The notes under the pieces: generated by a model
Database searches by the model: none
Seen by the model: the letters and a program-made list of their open reading frames with translations, nothing else
What the model was told of the DNA's origin: nothing
Position numbers and translations under genes: made by a program
From: Polymyxa betae A26-41
Taxonomy: Eukaryota > Protista > Endomyxa: Phytomyxea
Length of the DNA: 64,000 nt
Assembly (NCBI GenBank): GCA_003693705.1
Contig: RBZT01000667.1
Span: 39,405-103,404 of the forward strand
Direction: 5' to 3'
Part shown: piece by piece, positions 10,976 to 24,101 of the stretch
Layout of the letters: every line of letters begins with the position of its first letter
How positions within the stretch are numbered: position 1 is the stretch's first letter

Positions 10976-13622
10976 TCACTGAAGAGGTAAATCGGCAAGC
11001 GCGGTCACTATCCTTTTCTCCTTCAAGCCCTTTAATCTTGATTGTGTAAAAAGTGACTGCACATTCCGGAAATGTTCCAGGCACTCTGAAACCATTTTCG
11101 GTTCCATGACGCTCTCAACAGCCAATGGATTAATCTTCGACCTAGGACTGACTTGCAACATTCCAACCGAGGAAACCGTTTGTAGGCTGCATTGCGAAAT
11201 AAGCATTGCCCTCATGATGCTTCCATGATTCTTACCGTGTAGAAAGCGATTTAAATGACGCTCCCTGTGAAGGTAAAACCATGAGAATTCCATGTAAAGC
11301 ACGGATTAAAGAAGGAAAGCTCTGGGGATCCAAAAGTTGAAGGCGGAGGCGTATGAATACTGGACTCTCGATCAACATTATGAGCCGGTCGATCTCAATC
11401 AGGAATCCGACAGTCACCTGGGAATCGGCACTGCGATAGAAAGTGTTGATTGAATAATTGCAGATTCAAAACCAAAGGTCTTACAAACAGCAAACAACTG
11501 CATTTGCTAGATCATATGCTTGGGACAGAAGGCAAAGACTGAGTGTTGCCACAGGGTTGTAAACCCAAGCTTGGAGCAATGTTTTGAGCAGATCAACCCC
11601 ATCTTTTGATTGCAGACAGTTCTGAACCTCGCGTCGAAATTCATACAGACTCGGTGAGGTAAGCAAAAGGTCGCTCAAGATCTGGATTACTGTGCTTAGA
11701 GACTCTAATAATTGCAAATGAACGAGAAGCAAGAGTCGTACTAATGGCAAATACCAAGTTGGTAATCTTGAGACGATGGGAATAAACGGGATATGGCACA
11801 AAAAACAACTCGTGGAGTTAGTAATGCACACAATTCTCGAACAATCAAACTGCTTCTTGATTTCAACAGTAGGGAATCAACACAAAGCGCTCTCAATAAA
11901 TGAGAGAAAAAAGAATCGAAGTAAGCGGGATTCCGAGAGATTTCGGCAAGAAGGGTAAGATCAACCTAGAAGCAACTGAATTAAACGAAGAGATGAAATT
12001 AGCTGTTACCTGAACAACGTGATCAGAAGGATCTGATAATGTTTGAATAAGTGCAGGAAATAGTTGATCAATGGCTTTAAATAATTCGTCTGGATGCTTT
12101 TCCAGAACCATTTGTATCCAATCCAAAACTGCAGACAGAAACTGAACATCTAGATTGCATTGATTACTAGATTGCTTACTGGGAAGCTTTGTGCATGCCC
12201 TGTTCAGGTTCAGATTATCAGTCAACTGGTGAAGAAGACCTTCTAACGCTGAGAGTGGCTCATTGGAGCTTCCAACCTGCAATCAGTTAAGTGAATATTT
12301 GTAACAGTTTAGAGACAACTAGCCTGATGCATCATGGATTTGCTAATGGACTCAGCTTGAGATCGAATATTGTCATGGTCAGTTTCGCTCATGCAGGTCA
12401 ACAAGCCATTAATGAGAACTGGATAACGAGGTAGTAGTCTACCCTTAAAAAGGACCACGAACGATTCAAGCCATTTCAATGCCATCAGTTTGCATACAGC
12501 AGGGCAAGATCCTGAACTTTGTTGAACTAAAACAGGGATCTAACAATTCATTAATATTGGGGCAACCAGAGGCAACAAACTACCATGTCTTCAATGGTAT
12601 CAGGCTGAGTCGATGTGATTTCATTCAAAAACTCTGACAGACATTCGTCAGCGGCTGTGACAATAGAAGGGTTTGGATCCGCCAGCATATTGAACAAACC
12701 GGACAGAATTCCAGGAAGAAATCGTAATAAATCGATATCAGGTACTGAGTCAAGAACCTGAAAAGCATTGAACAAAGGTATTGTAGTGTTAAGAATATTC
12801 AACCTGAATCCAGCCAACATTCAATTCTCTTATGGCACTATCTTTGATCAAAATGCGTTCTTGCAGTAATGGCATGAAGTTTGCGATGTTGAATCTAGTC
12901 GCTGGACTTAGCATTTCGCTCAAAGCAACAGTCAGTTATCATTACTGGTCTGATTCTGTAACTACGTCTTTCATGAGCCTATCCAGCAGCGATGCAGCAT
13001 TGCGAACGTCAGGATCTGGGTCTGCATGCAATGTGCATAAACCATCATAGATGGCATTGAAATGCTTCAGGACATGGCTTCGGCCGATCTTCGTGATGTT
13101 GTATAGAGACTCGCAAGCGTAATATCGGCATCTGCTCTCCTGGTCTTGCATCAGCAAAAGAACTGGCGGAAGCAAGCCTAAATTTTTTGAAAAAGGAAGT
13201 CAACAACAACATGTGCGATTTACTGTCAAGATATTGGTTGCAAGACTGGCCTAAACCGATTGCAACAGCTATAAGACCGTTAGAGCAAATCTGAAAACAG
13301 AAAAAAAATGTACCAGCCAGGGCTATTAATCCTCCCTTGCGACAGTTCGATTGGGTGCTTGCAATGAAATCAGAATTCAGCATGGCGACTAATTGGGTTA
13401 GTCAATAGATTGCCTAACAACATTCATATAAAGTTACTGATAGAATTCACATTAGCAGGTGATGGATCCTGTTTGACTAGATGCTCGACATCCAAAGCGG
13501 CAGTTTTCCTTTTCTCATACGATCTATCGCTGAGACCCTTAATCACAGAAGCTGGCACCAGGTTGCTGACGCTCCTGAGCTGGAATTAAGCTTGCCATAC
13601 CGAATCTGCTAATATCTGACAT
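10976..13622 (-). CDS. VAC14: VAC14, scaffold of the PIKfyve/Fab1 complex, multi-exon
   Basis: [80 protein letters not shown]. Confidence 0.93.
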
Positions 13623-14168
13623 TGCCGGAGAAGGAGACGGGCTCTTCGAAGCTGAGTTCGTCGGGAGCACCAAGGCCGCGGCCGACCAGACTGCTTCTGA
13701 CATGATTCAAACTAAGTTTCAGCACTTGATTGTGACGATATGTAGTACGTATCGTAGCTGCCCCGTTCCGATTTCCGTATCTTAAATTAGCTTTTTTCAA
13801 CTCATTTTAGTTTACCCTTCTTATAAGATGGCATTGAGCTTGGCTTAACGAAAACTGTTTTTTCTACAAACATTTCAAAGAATGCGATGGTATGCCTTAG
13901 GTGGCTGTTTATTTGTGTCAAATACATACAATGGTCGCACCGCGTTCAAAAAATACAGATGCTCTTGTCGTTCCAAGTTATTATGAAATGTCCACGAATC
14001 GACACTTTCTAACTCAGAATTGTATGGTCTTGGATTTCAGCACCATCAGAATATATGGTAAATATTGAGACCTTCACCGACGCCATAAACAACTGGACAC
14101 CCGGGACCCTTCATAATTGGACGTGTTGCAAAGGAATATTTTACTACTTAAGTATTTGAACAAGCTCG

Positions 14169-14633
14169 ATGCCAATGGACGGGAGACTGTTATGCTTGCT
14201 GATCTTCGCCAGGCTGGCCACTTGGTCAAATGGGCAGGTCATCACAGATAACACGAAAATGGGTGTTCGCTTAAATATCGATATGAACGTTCAAGCACAT
14301 TTAAGAGCTCTACAGCAGCAGATTGCTAACATTGGAATGAGTACATTCAAATCAAGCTGGCTAGGGGATGCCGGCTTTGCCCGTCAAGCAGATTTGTTGG
14401 GATCTTCCGAAGCAGGATTAGATGCCTCAGTCAGCGACTCTTTCAGAGGCGAAGCAGTGCTCAACCATCAGGGCGCTGCTATGGCTCTCCCTGGTGCCAC
14501 GCTTATAGACACAAGAAACACAGGAGGATTATATCAGAAGCGCTCCCAGAACTCGGATATCAATCGATGGCTGAAATCAGGGCTTCGTTCTACGACCAAT
14601 GGGAAAATGGCCAATTCATTATATATGTCATAA
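14169..14633 (+). CDS. Small putative secreted protein (154 aa), unknown function
   Basis: Single-exon ORF with signal-peptide-like N-terminus (RLLCLLIFARLATWSNG-Q); no recognisable domain. Confidence 0.5.
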   Translation: MPMDGRLLCLLIFARLATWSNGQVITDNTKMGVRLNIDMNVQAHLRALQQQIANIGMSTFKSSWLGDAGFARQADLLGSSEAGLDASVSDSFRGEAVLNHQGAAMALPGATLIDTRNTGGLYQKRSQNSDINRWLKSGLRSTTNGKMANSLYMS

Positions 14634-14754
14634 AAGACCGCTTTATTAAAACTGAAATTTATATAACAAGCAGCTGCTATCTACCGCTATAGTAAGGTGG
14701 TCGTCTCCATCTGACACGCGGACTACCCATAGAAACTTTATCACATCCGTCATC

Positions 14755-15077
14755 ATGTTTGCCATTGCTAGACGTTTCATAGCTCATTGCACATCGCAAG
14801 CAACAGCCGTCTCTGCTGCCTTTTTCGCAACCACTACGAAACTGAAGACCCATAAGGGAGTTGCCAAGCGGGTTAAGCTAACCAAAAACGGCAAAGTTAA
14901 ATGGTATTTTACCTCTGTATTATGAATGAAATTTGCAATTAATTGGGTCCCAGCGGACACATAGGACGCCGACATCGGGCACAGTCTAATTCAGGAGATA
15001 AGACGCGAGCCATGCGCCGGCCTAGGTTCATTCTTGGAGCTGAGGCTACCACCCTGACCAAGATGCTGAGAAGCTAA
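14755..15077 (+). CDS. Organellar (mitochondrial) ribosomal protein bL35, 2 exons
   Basis: Transit-peptide-like MFAIARRFIAH.. followed by KLKTHKGVAKRVKLTKNGKVK (bL35 signature); second exon GRRHRA..ends TAA at 15077. Confidence 0.8.
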
Positions 15078-15699
15078 GTTATGCCTCATTATAAACAAGA
15101 CCAGTTGCGCAAACCTTTTGCTTTAATAACGGCGGCAAGCCGAACAGCATGCGAAAGAAGTTATATTTATTCAAGAACAGTTTCCAGATTGCAAACCACG
15201 CTGCAACTAAAATTCAGTGATTGTCAAAAAGGGGTTCAGCATCAACACCTGCTAATATCAGCACCACATACAGCAATACGATGAAGGCTATTAAGCCAAA
15301 ATTTAGAATAGTTGCTGTCAAGGAGGGAGGGATCGAATCAGCCATGTGTATTTCCATATGATTTTCATTGGTAACAGCAGCCGAGCAATTAATATAGAAA
15401 GTCGCGTAGCTGTCCGTACATATGTGATGTGCATCAGTTTTGGCTGTTGCCACATGTTTCTCCCCGTAATGGCGTAATCCCGAAATCTCTATCAAAGAAT
15501 ACAAGATTCTACATCCGTTCTTATATAAAAGCTGGCAAGCCACGAAGTCGTTTGCTCTTAACTGATAAAAACACCCAGAAGTATATGGACCAAAACCCGG
15601 TCCCCTGCCATTTTGGGACCGAGCTTTTATAAATTCCAATGTGTAAAAATTTTTTAAAATTCCGGCCATTTGTGAGCCACAATGTGGCTGGAGGAGGGA

Positions 15700-16910
15700 G
15701 TGCTGATGTTTGAGTCGTAAGTGTCTGGATAGATTGCTTTGCTATCTGAATTATCGCTTGCACACTTCGCAGGCGAACGGTTTCTCGCCGGTATGTACTC
15801 TCTTGAGCTGTGTCAGATTGGCAAGCGACCTGAATTGACGTTTGCACACATCGCAGGCGAACGGTTTCTGGACGATAGATGTTCTTTGTGCTCTGTTAGC
15901 ATGCCTTTCTGCCTTTGGCGTTGACTCCATTCGGAGCATGTATAGGCGCCGGACACATAGCAAGGAGCCAGTCCTTTATTTCAATGACGTGCCAGTTTGA
16001 TGTATGAAAAACGTTTACTGCCATTTGCGATCACCGATGTTTTTTTTCGCCCATATCAATGTCGGCATGTTCAGCAATTCTTCTTTGCAGCTGAAAGTCT
16101 TTCAGGCGTCCAGAAATTGGTTAAAGAATGGCGGTCATTCATTCGACATCGTTGCCAGGGATCACGTTTCTGTAACAGAGTTCATGGAACGATGTCTTTT
16201 GAAGATGCCGAGTGTGAGTTTGGCGTAATCACCAGTTTGATCCTGGTGATTGCACAACGGTTGCCGAATCCCGCCATGTGGCTGAGCATGCCTTAGATCC
16301 GGCGCCCTCGGGAATACTTGTAGAAAAAATTGCTCCAATAAACGAATCGGCGCCAGCTGTCCCCTCTGTTACAATCCCCATCGACCGCGCTTCGTCGTTT
16401 GTCATAAGGCCAGTAGAACAGCGCACCACAGCTTCAGCCATCGCGTCATCGTATTCATTGATTAGATCGCGCGTTGGTTTTGCTTCCCGTTGGAGGAGCA
16501 AAAGAAGCATGAACTGATCGTCACTTGTATGGCATCGTTATAGGGCAATGGCTTGCCATCCTTAAAGATTGTTCGGTTGCATCTGAAATGGATAAGCCGA
16601 AATTCTGAACTGAATGCAAGCTCGACTCCACAATAATGGCAGACGAATGGACCGTTTCGAAGCCGGCTGAAACATTTAGAGCGCTCTTCAATGCGTCTTG
16701 TTTTAAAGCTATTGCTCGAAGCGACGCCTGCTAAAGCAACTTTAATTAGGAAAGCAGTCGTCCATGATTCGGTCGTTTTGGTCGTGCTTCTGACGTTATT
16801 GGCAATTTGTTCAACCATAGTTTGGGATGTCCGATATGCAATTGCTTCGTCCCGTAAAGGTATCTCCCGGTGGACAAGGGCTTGGCCCCACTCATCTGTT
16901 AGTTCAGAAA
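15700..16910 (-). pseudogene. Decayed gene or element with Cys-rich (possible His-Me/HNH-like nuclease) region and two C2H2 zinc fingers
   Basis: CHYCGVELAF..RTIFKDGKPLPYND..SSCFFC, then [40 protein letters not shown], with in-frame stops and frameshifts. Confidence 0.5.
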
Positions 16911-17021
16911 TCTAGGCTGCAAGATCGAGTATAAGCGAGACAAGGATTGCAAGCAATAGATGTTTGGAAGATGACGATCCCTCCATGACTAAGGATAGCG
17001 TTACATCCCCTGAGTCATGGA

Positions 17022-17432
17022 ATGCGACCCGATGGGGCCATCAACCGCCCCAGTTCGCGCTACATTCTTTCAAATGGCCGCTGTTCTGCTTATAGACATG
17101 GGCTTCTGGGTATCTCAAGTTACCTACGTCAACAAAGCTATGCCAATACTCACTGCAACAAATTCGGCATTATCTTTTATGATCTGCGGCTATCTCTGGC
17201 CCGTCTTCATGGCATCGAGCCCGATTCTGATGACGTAGGTTTCAAAAGCAAATGCCAACTTGCTGAGCAACTGCATCGATTACAGGTGCTTTGTCTGTAT
17301 GTTCACAGGGCTGTTATTCTTTTGATAATCTTTCCGCAGATCACTACGTTTCCTGATACCATAGCTACTGTTATGACAACGAAACTATGGGATGAGGTTG
17401 ATGTCGCGGTCGCAGAATGGAACAAGATGTAG
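17022..17432 (+). CDS. Hypothetical protein, possibly with a short intron
   Basis: 136-aa ORF with an internal GT..AG segment (~17286-17339); no recognised domain. Confidence 0.25.
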   Translation: MRPDGAINRPSSRYILSNGRCSAYRHGLLGISSYLRQQSYANTHCNKFGIIFYDLRLSLARLHGIEPDSDDVGFKSKCQLAEQLHRLQVLCLYVHRAVILLIIFPQITTFPDTIATVMTTKLWDEVDVAVAEWNKM

Positions 17433-18161
17433 ACGACAATATGATGGTCTGCTGTGGTTCAGGGTTCATAATAAAGCCTCATTTTACATATTAATCAATG
17501 CTTCGCCAAATCATGCACGTCCCATCATTAATGTATTGTTCAAAATTATGATCAGTTTCTACATAATCAGCAACAGTAATTGGGCATTTGACTCGTTGAG
17601 TCCCAAATCCAACCAATATATCAATTACAGATATAGGTAAACAGCTCAATGATGAGCTGCAGCAGGCCTGCTCGACTTTGATGCCGTACTCGACCATGCT
17701 GCAAAGACTGTGCGGGAGCTCAAGGTCGTTTGTTATGCTGAATTTTAACACGTGATGCAGGATAGAAAGTCGTGAGAAGATCTTGGAAAAACATCAGATG
17801 AAAGACAGAAACATGATAATGATCTAATCTAGCGACAGACACGAATTTGGGCTCGTGTTTGGCAACAATCAAGAATTTAAGAAACACAAACATTTCTTTT
17901 CGACTGCATTATGCATATTTTGGCTGCGTTTCAGCAAAGCTTGCCGGATTGAAGAAATCATCGCGTCTGTATCGCGTTTATGGGTTAACGAGATCTCTTG
18001 ATAGGTTTAATAACTGCCTTCCTCAGTTTATGAGAAAGACAAAGAAGTCGATAATACAATGTCGTGGGGGACGCCGTTCCGCACTGCAAAACTGAAACTA
18101 ATTTAGCCTTTCTGCTTTGTGCGGCCGATATCGGTCTGATGACCGAATCCATTTCTTTTAA

Positions 18162-21100
18162 ATGATTGAACACCAGGAAATCCACCATGGAGCAGAGACC
18201 CAGCGAAACTGCCCAGATTGCCAGGAAAAATTACGAAAATCAGCGCCGCTGGATTCCTGCAGCTTGTTTTCAGTACTGATAATGAGATTTATGTCGCCAT
18301 TGATGTCCTTGGGTTATAAAAACCCACTTACAATGGATGACATTCCCCTGCTTCCGACAGAAGACGATCTTGCTAATGCTCGTGACCGTTTTCTTCGCAA
18401 TTTAGCGGTTCGTATTGTGACTTTGAAAAGATGAAGTTTATGTTTTTACAGGCGGCTCGCGCTAAGGGAGACGAATCCACTGTGTTCTGCTTAATCAAAA
18501 CTTTTTGGCCCCGATGGCTCCGAGCTGCAATTGTACTCTTTTTTTCTGGTTTTGCAAGCTTGGCGAATCCTTTCATCATCACAGACTTTGTCAGAAGTAT
18601 AAAAGAGAACTGCCACAACCTGACGCACGGCTTGCTAGACGCCTTAGGTCTTTTTCTCGCCGGCACTGTTTCATCGCTATTAGTGGTAAATCGCGTCTTA
18701 TGCTTTGTTGTACCATGTTAACATTATCAGAATAATGCATATTACAACAATGTTCGCGTTGCTGGGGTGGTTCGCGAAGCTTTGATGGCAGCAATCTACA
18801 GTAAAAGTCTCCTACTAAGCTCATCAGCTAAAACTCCCACAACGACTGGGGAGACTGTTAACTTGATGGTAATGTGACATTCCTAGTTTGTTTGATTTCA
18901 GTGCTTATTATCATAGTCGGCTGATACACAGCGTGTCTATGAATCCGTCCTGTATGTTCATTACATATGGCTGTCGCCTCTGATTGTCATCACCGGTCGG
19001 CGCTGGAGATTTCAAACCCCAGGTGTCGCTGATACGTGGTTGCAGTATGCGGAGTGCTGGTGTATGAAGTCGGCTTAGCAGCGCTGTATGGAATTGTTGT
19101 TTTGCTGGCACTTGTTCCTCTGCAATGGCTTGGAACTGTATTAGCTACCCGGTATCGACGAGCTATGCTTCGTCATACTGATCACAGGATTATGTTCACT
19201 TCCGAAATGCTGACTGGAATTCGGATAATCAAACAGTTCGTTTTTCGTCTGATGATCTTTTGGAAGCTTAAAATTGGAACAGATATGCTTGGGAGAAACC
19301 AGTTAGTGAAAAGGTGTCTCAAATTCGGGGTTGGTCGTTTTCTGTTGTCGCTGCAGATTATTGATTCTCGATCCTTAGCTCAAGAGATTGCTGATCTGTG
19401 GAAATTGCTGATTGTTAACAATATCTCGGTTGCCCTGTTCAACGTAAGTGATGTATTATCTGTACCGGTAGTAATTGAATGTAACAAGGTCTGGCCGGGA
19501 ATTGTTACTGCTGTAATCTTTATTGGTTATGTTCTTGAGGGTCATACTCTGACGCCGTCTATTGTATCAATCCTGCAATTTTACTGGCATCAAACTGAAA
19601 TTTTGTATTGTTTGCAGGTTTTTATGATTATGGCGTTACTAGTGGCAATAAGGTTTCCTATAAGCATGATACAGAAAGCCTTTCAGGTCGGCACTGATGC
19701 CCTTGTGTCATTGCGAAGGTTTGCTGATGGCCTGATCGTCAACATTTTTTGTAAGAGTCAGTTCCTCAGAATTGGTGTATTTCTGGCTCTTCCAGAGATG
19801 GATTATACTGGTCGTACCACAGATACCGATGCGCCTGGGACGATTATCATTCGTAATGCTTCATTCAGGTATATGCGTGCATTTTCCGGTCCAAGATAAT
19901 GACATTGTTAGCTACGATCCATCGTCTCAGGCTCCTGTTCTACGAAATATCAATTTAAATGTCCAGCCTGGCACCTCTGTTGCAGTGATTGGCCCTGTTG
20001 CCTCGGGAAAATCTTCTTTATTATCGGCCATTCTGGGTGAGATCCAAACTGTTAGCGGAAGCATATCAGTATCAGGATCCACCGCATATACCAGTCAACA
20101 TCACTGGATCAGAAACAAGTATGGCATTATCTGAGTTTTACGATTATCAAACGCTAATGTGGTAGTGACTAGGACAGTACGAGAGAATATTATTTTTGGG
20201 AAGGAATTCGAAGAGAACAAATACAATGCAGTGTTGGCAGCGTCAGCATTAATCCAAGACCTCAATATCTTACCTGCTGGCGATTTGACCGAGATTGGAG
20301 AACAGGTCAAAAGCGTTGATTAAAATTGCACTGCAAATAACATTCTAACAGGGAATAAATCTGAGTGGTGGTCAGAAAGCACGAATCATGTTTGCTCGTG
20401 GTAATTTTTCCCTTGTGAAGCATTATGTCGATGCGATCTGAACGTACCTTTAGCGTGCTACGCTGATGCCGACATTGCTTTGCTTGATGATCCATTCTCT
20501 GCTGTTGATGTGAACACTGGTAACATTATGTTTCAGTATGGCATCAGAGGTACGTACGAGTTCAACCAGCATCTATTTCACTTTTCGGATCTTACCTAGG
20601 CCTTCTGTCTCGCACGACCCGTGTCATTACATTAAACTCTCATCTGCATTTTCTTAACAACGTTGATCTCATTGTCTATTTTAGACTGCCTGAAGGTTTG
20701 CTTAGCGCTGAGCTTCGTATTTTTTGTGTCTTCTTGAGTGATTCAGTTATCAGGTGAAGGAGACACTATTGTTGAAATATACGATTGCTATCAGAACTTT
20801 ACTGAATGTCATCCTAATTTTGAATTTGCTGAAGGCAAGCCCGCTGAAGAAGCGAACATAACGGTTGCAATGAAGCAGTCGATAGTAAAGGAAATCCTGG
20901 TTGAGAAGGAAATGGAACAGGTCTTCTTATCTCTGCAGCACAGCTCTCACTGCAACTGAAATGGATTCAGATAGGAACCGTTCGGCCCCGTGTTTATCTG
21001 GACTATTTAAAGCAATGTTCAGTTTTTGGTGCTGTATTTTCTGGACTGATAATCCTCTTATCATTCCTGATTGGCCAGCTTATTCGTGTTGGCTCCGATT

Positions 21101-23504
21101 TAGTGTCTGGGTTCTGGTCGCAAATGCTGCATCCAGGTTAGCATTAGTTCAGTTCCCAACGCTTTTCCAGAATCGGTTTCTCTAGATCAGAATTGGTGGA
21201 TTCTGCTTCAGAGCACAATAACGGCAGCGGCTCTTGTCACTTTTGTAATTCGTTCGTTTATTTTCAACAATATGACTGTTCGCGCTGGTCGGCTTTTACA
21301 TGATACTCTGTTCGAGCGGATTGTGAGAGCACCTGTACCGATATTCTATGGTCAGCAGTCAAGAGCATTGGTGTGTTCTCTTTCCCCTAATGCGAACAGA
21401 TATCACTCCAATTGGGCGCGTTGTGAATCGGTTTAGCAAAGATATGGACCAAATTGATGTTTCAATTTCAGACTTTTTAGGTTCGTCGATTTAATCGCAA
21501 ATTTTGCCAACATCATCTGATTATGTACTTGACAGGGCAGCTGTTATTATATGGGTTGACTTTAGGTCTGATATGATATTCGTGCACTCTACGTACTCTA
21601 ACGCTGGGACTCAGTGATTTCGGTTCTACTTAGTTGCTACGCACTCCCATGGTTCATCCTTCCGCTTGTGCCAATAATGGCTTTCTTTTATTGGATCCAG
21701 CGATACTTCCGTTATAGCAGTAGGCAACTTAAGCGTATCGAAGGGACCTCACGCTCACCAATTTTCTCAAAATTTGAAGAAACGTTGACAGGTAACTATG
21801 TTAGAATGTTAGAACTTTCTGGGCGGCAGTGTCATTGCTGTATACAGGTTTGGCCACGATTCGTGCCCATCGGAAACAGCTCGAATTTACCCATGAGGCT
21901 GAGCACACTATTGAACGAAATAGCCAGGCTCTACTGGCCAATGTAAAGTTGGCGATCTATTTGTGATAGAATGACAAACACATTCTAGCAACTAGCTGGA
22001 AGATGGTTGGCACTGCGACTTGACCTGGTTTCGAACTTGGTCATTGCTGGAGTTGCAGTTGCGATCGCATCGATTAGCTGCTCTGTTGATTTAGCAATCG
22101 CCATTGTTGCTCTGGTTCAAGTGTGATCTTGCCGAAACCTTTCATTTTCAACGAACGTCATTGCCGACTTAGGTCACGCAACTAACAGGGATGCTGCAGT
22201 GGACTGTTCGTGTGTCGACTGAAGTTGAGAACAATGTTATTATGTATTTACAGTTAAAGTGGCTTCCTGATTTCTTCCAGATGACTGCAGTTGAGCGCGT
22301 TTTAGAATATACAGATGTGGCTCCAGAAGCCCCGTCAACGACACCAAACGACCCTGATGAATCTTGGCCGAACAAGGGAGAAATCGTACTTCGAAATCTT
22401 GTATGGCAATTCTTCACTGTCTAGCTACTGCCTTTAATTTACCCGAACAGCGAGCTCGATATCGACCAGAATTACCTTTGGTTTTGAAAGGAATTAACGC
22501 TCATATCAAGTCGATGGAAAAGGTTGGCATTTGTGGCCGAACTGGTATCATTTCTGAAATTGATCTGTGATATGCGATAATCTGTTTCTCAAGGATCCGG
22601 AAAATCGTCCTTGCTGTTGTGCTTACTAAGAATGATTGAACGAGACCCTTCCGGGGGACCAATCATTATCGACGATGTTCCTACCGATACTATTGGATTA
22701 CATTGTTTGCGATCGCGGATCAGTGTTATCCCTCAAGACGCTGTGCTATTTTCTGGTACGATTAGACAAAATCTTGATGTCTGTAAAGGTTGCTCTATTT
22801 TTTGTGTTCTTTACTGATATGTATAGCCGTTTAATGAGCGAACTGATGAAGAAATAACCGAATCGTTGCGACATGTATATTTCATTTCAGATCGAAGCAG
22901 TGTGTCATTAGATGATATGGTTGCTGAAAGAGGCTCAAATTTTAGCTTCGGGCAACGTCAGTTGATTGTCAGCCACGTTAACTTCTTGGTAGTCGATATA
23001 TTTTACTAATATGCATTGTAGTGCATCGCCAGGGCATTTTTACGACGCTCGAAGATTATTATCTGCGATGGTAATAATAGTGTAATTGCTGCAGCTTAAT
23101 TTACATTATTTTTTAGAGGCTACATCGGGAATTGATTCCAAGACGGATGAATTGATTCAAGCAGCAATACGATCACTGTTCAGTAAGTCAATCGTACTCA
23201 GACTGCAAAGAAATCAAAATGGATTCAAAGAGAGACAAACCGTAATCACAGTTGCTCATCGTCTTGAAACAATTGCGGATTCTGACCGAATTATGGTTAT
23301 TCGGGAAGGCATTGTTGAAGAATTTGATACACCACAGAATCTCATTGGTATTCGTAACTATTTGTGCAAACATAACGACTATAACCGCTTACAGACAATC
23401 CTAATGGATACTTCCGACAGATGGTGGAAAGTGTGGGAGAATCTGCAGTTGAGCGGTTCAAGGCCATCACCAAAAAGAATATATTTACTAATCATGCTGA
23501 TTAA
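18162..23504 (+). CDS. ABC transporter subfamily C (MRP-like), many short introns
   Basis: NBD1 [44 protein letters not shown]; TMD2 [29 protein letters not shown]; NBD2 [35 protein letters not shown]; ends NHAD-TAA at 23504. Confidence 0.93.
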
Positions 23505-23949
23505 AAATGTACAATCTCGTGCATTACTTGATAGCGATGCAGAACGGCTTTGAAAAAATTTCGTCTTTTCCGAATTTGTTCCAAGAATATTGCTCTAACA
23601 GGATTATAAGCAATCTGAAGCGTTACTCGCATCTTCTAGTAACGGGTATCAACATTCGAATATTCAGCCTTTAAGCGTTTTGAACCCGTTTGATTGCCAT
23701 GGAGATAATTTAGCAGGCAACGAAACTGATTCTACAGCCCAGTAGATTAAAACTCATTTATCAATAATTGCAAACTAAGTAAACACATTCTTAATCCTGT
23801 GAATGCGTATAATAGCCCAATGCTCATACCACAGACGCTTTTGATGTCTCTGTACGATGGCTAGTCGTCTAATGGAGGCTAACGTACAGTATATCGCGTG
23901 CAGAATTAAATAGCTGTACTTGTTAATAAATTAAAACTGTTCCATCAGT

Positions 23950-24006
23950 GGGCTGCGCCATACAAAGTTGACCCCCTGTCCTTACAAAGTTCATCCTGCG
24001 CAGCCC
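23950..24006. promoter_or_regulatory. Stem-loop with iteron-like direct repeats; candidate replication-origin region
   Basis: Arms gggctgcgc (23950-23958) and gcgcagccc (23998-24006); the loop has tacaaagtt twice (23961-23969, 23983-23991). No canonical NANTATTAC nonanucleotide. Confidence 0.5.
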
Positions 24007-24101
24007 CTCTTTGGTACACTGGCGGGTGTTCCGTATGCCGTGGCGGTGTGTTCCAGGTCGTGCCGGGACCTTCGTGGTACGAACGCGCCAAATTTCAAAC
24101 G

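Noticed and set aside
15742-15753. Alternative genetic code (TAA/TAG = Gln) suggested by stops in the zinc finger
   Set aside because: Conserved genes here end at the expected positions with TAA/TAG (ARP2, H4, SF3A1, APC10), and long ORFs lack internal TAR codons.
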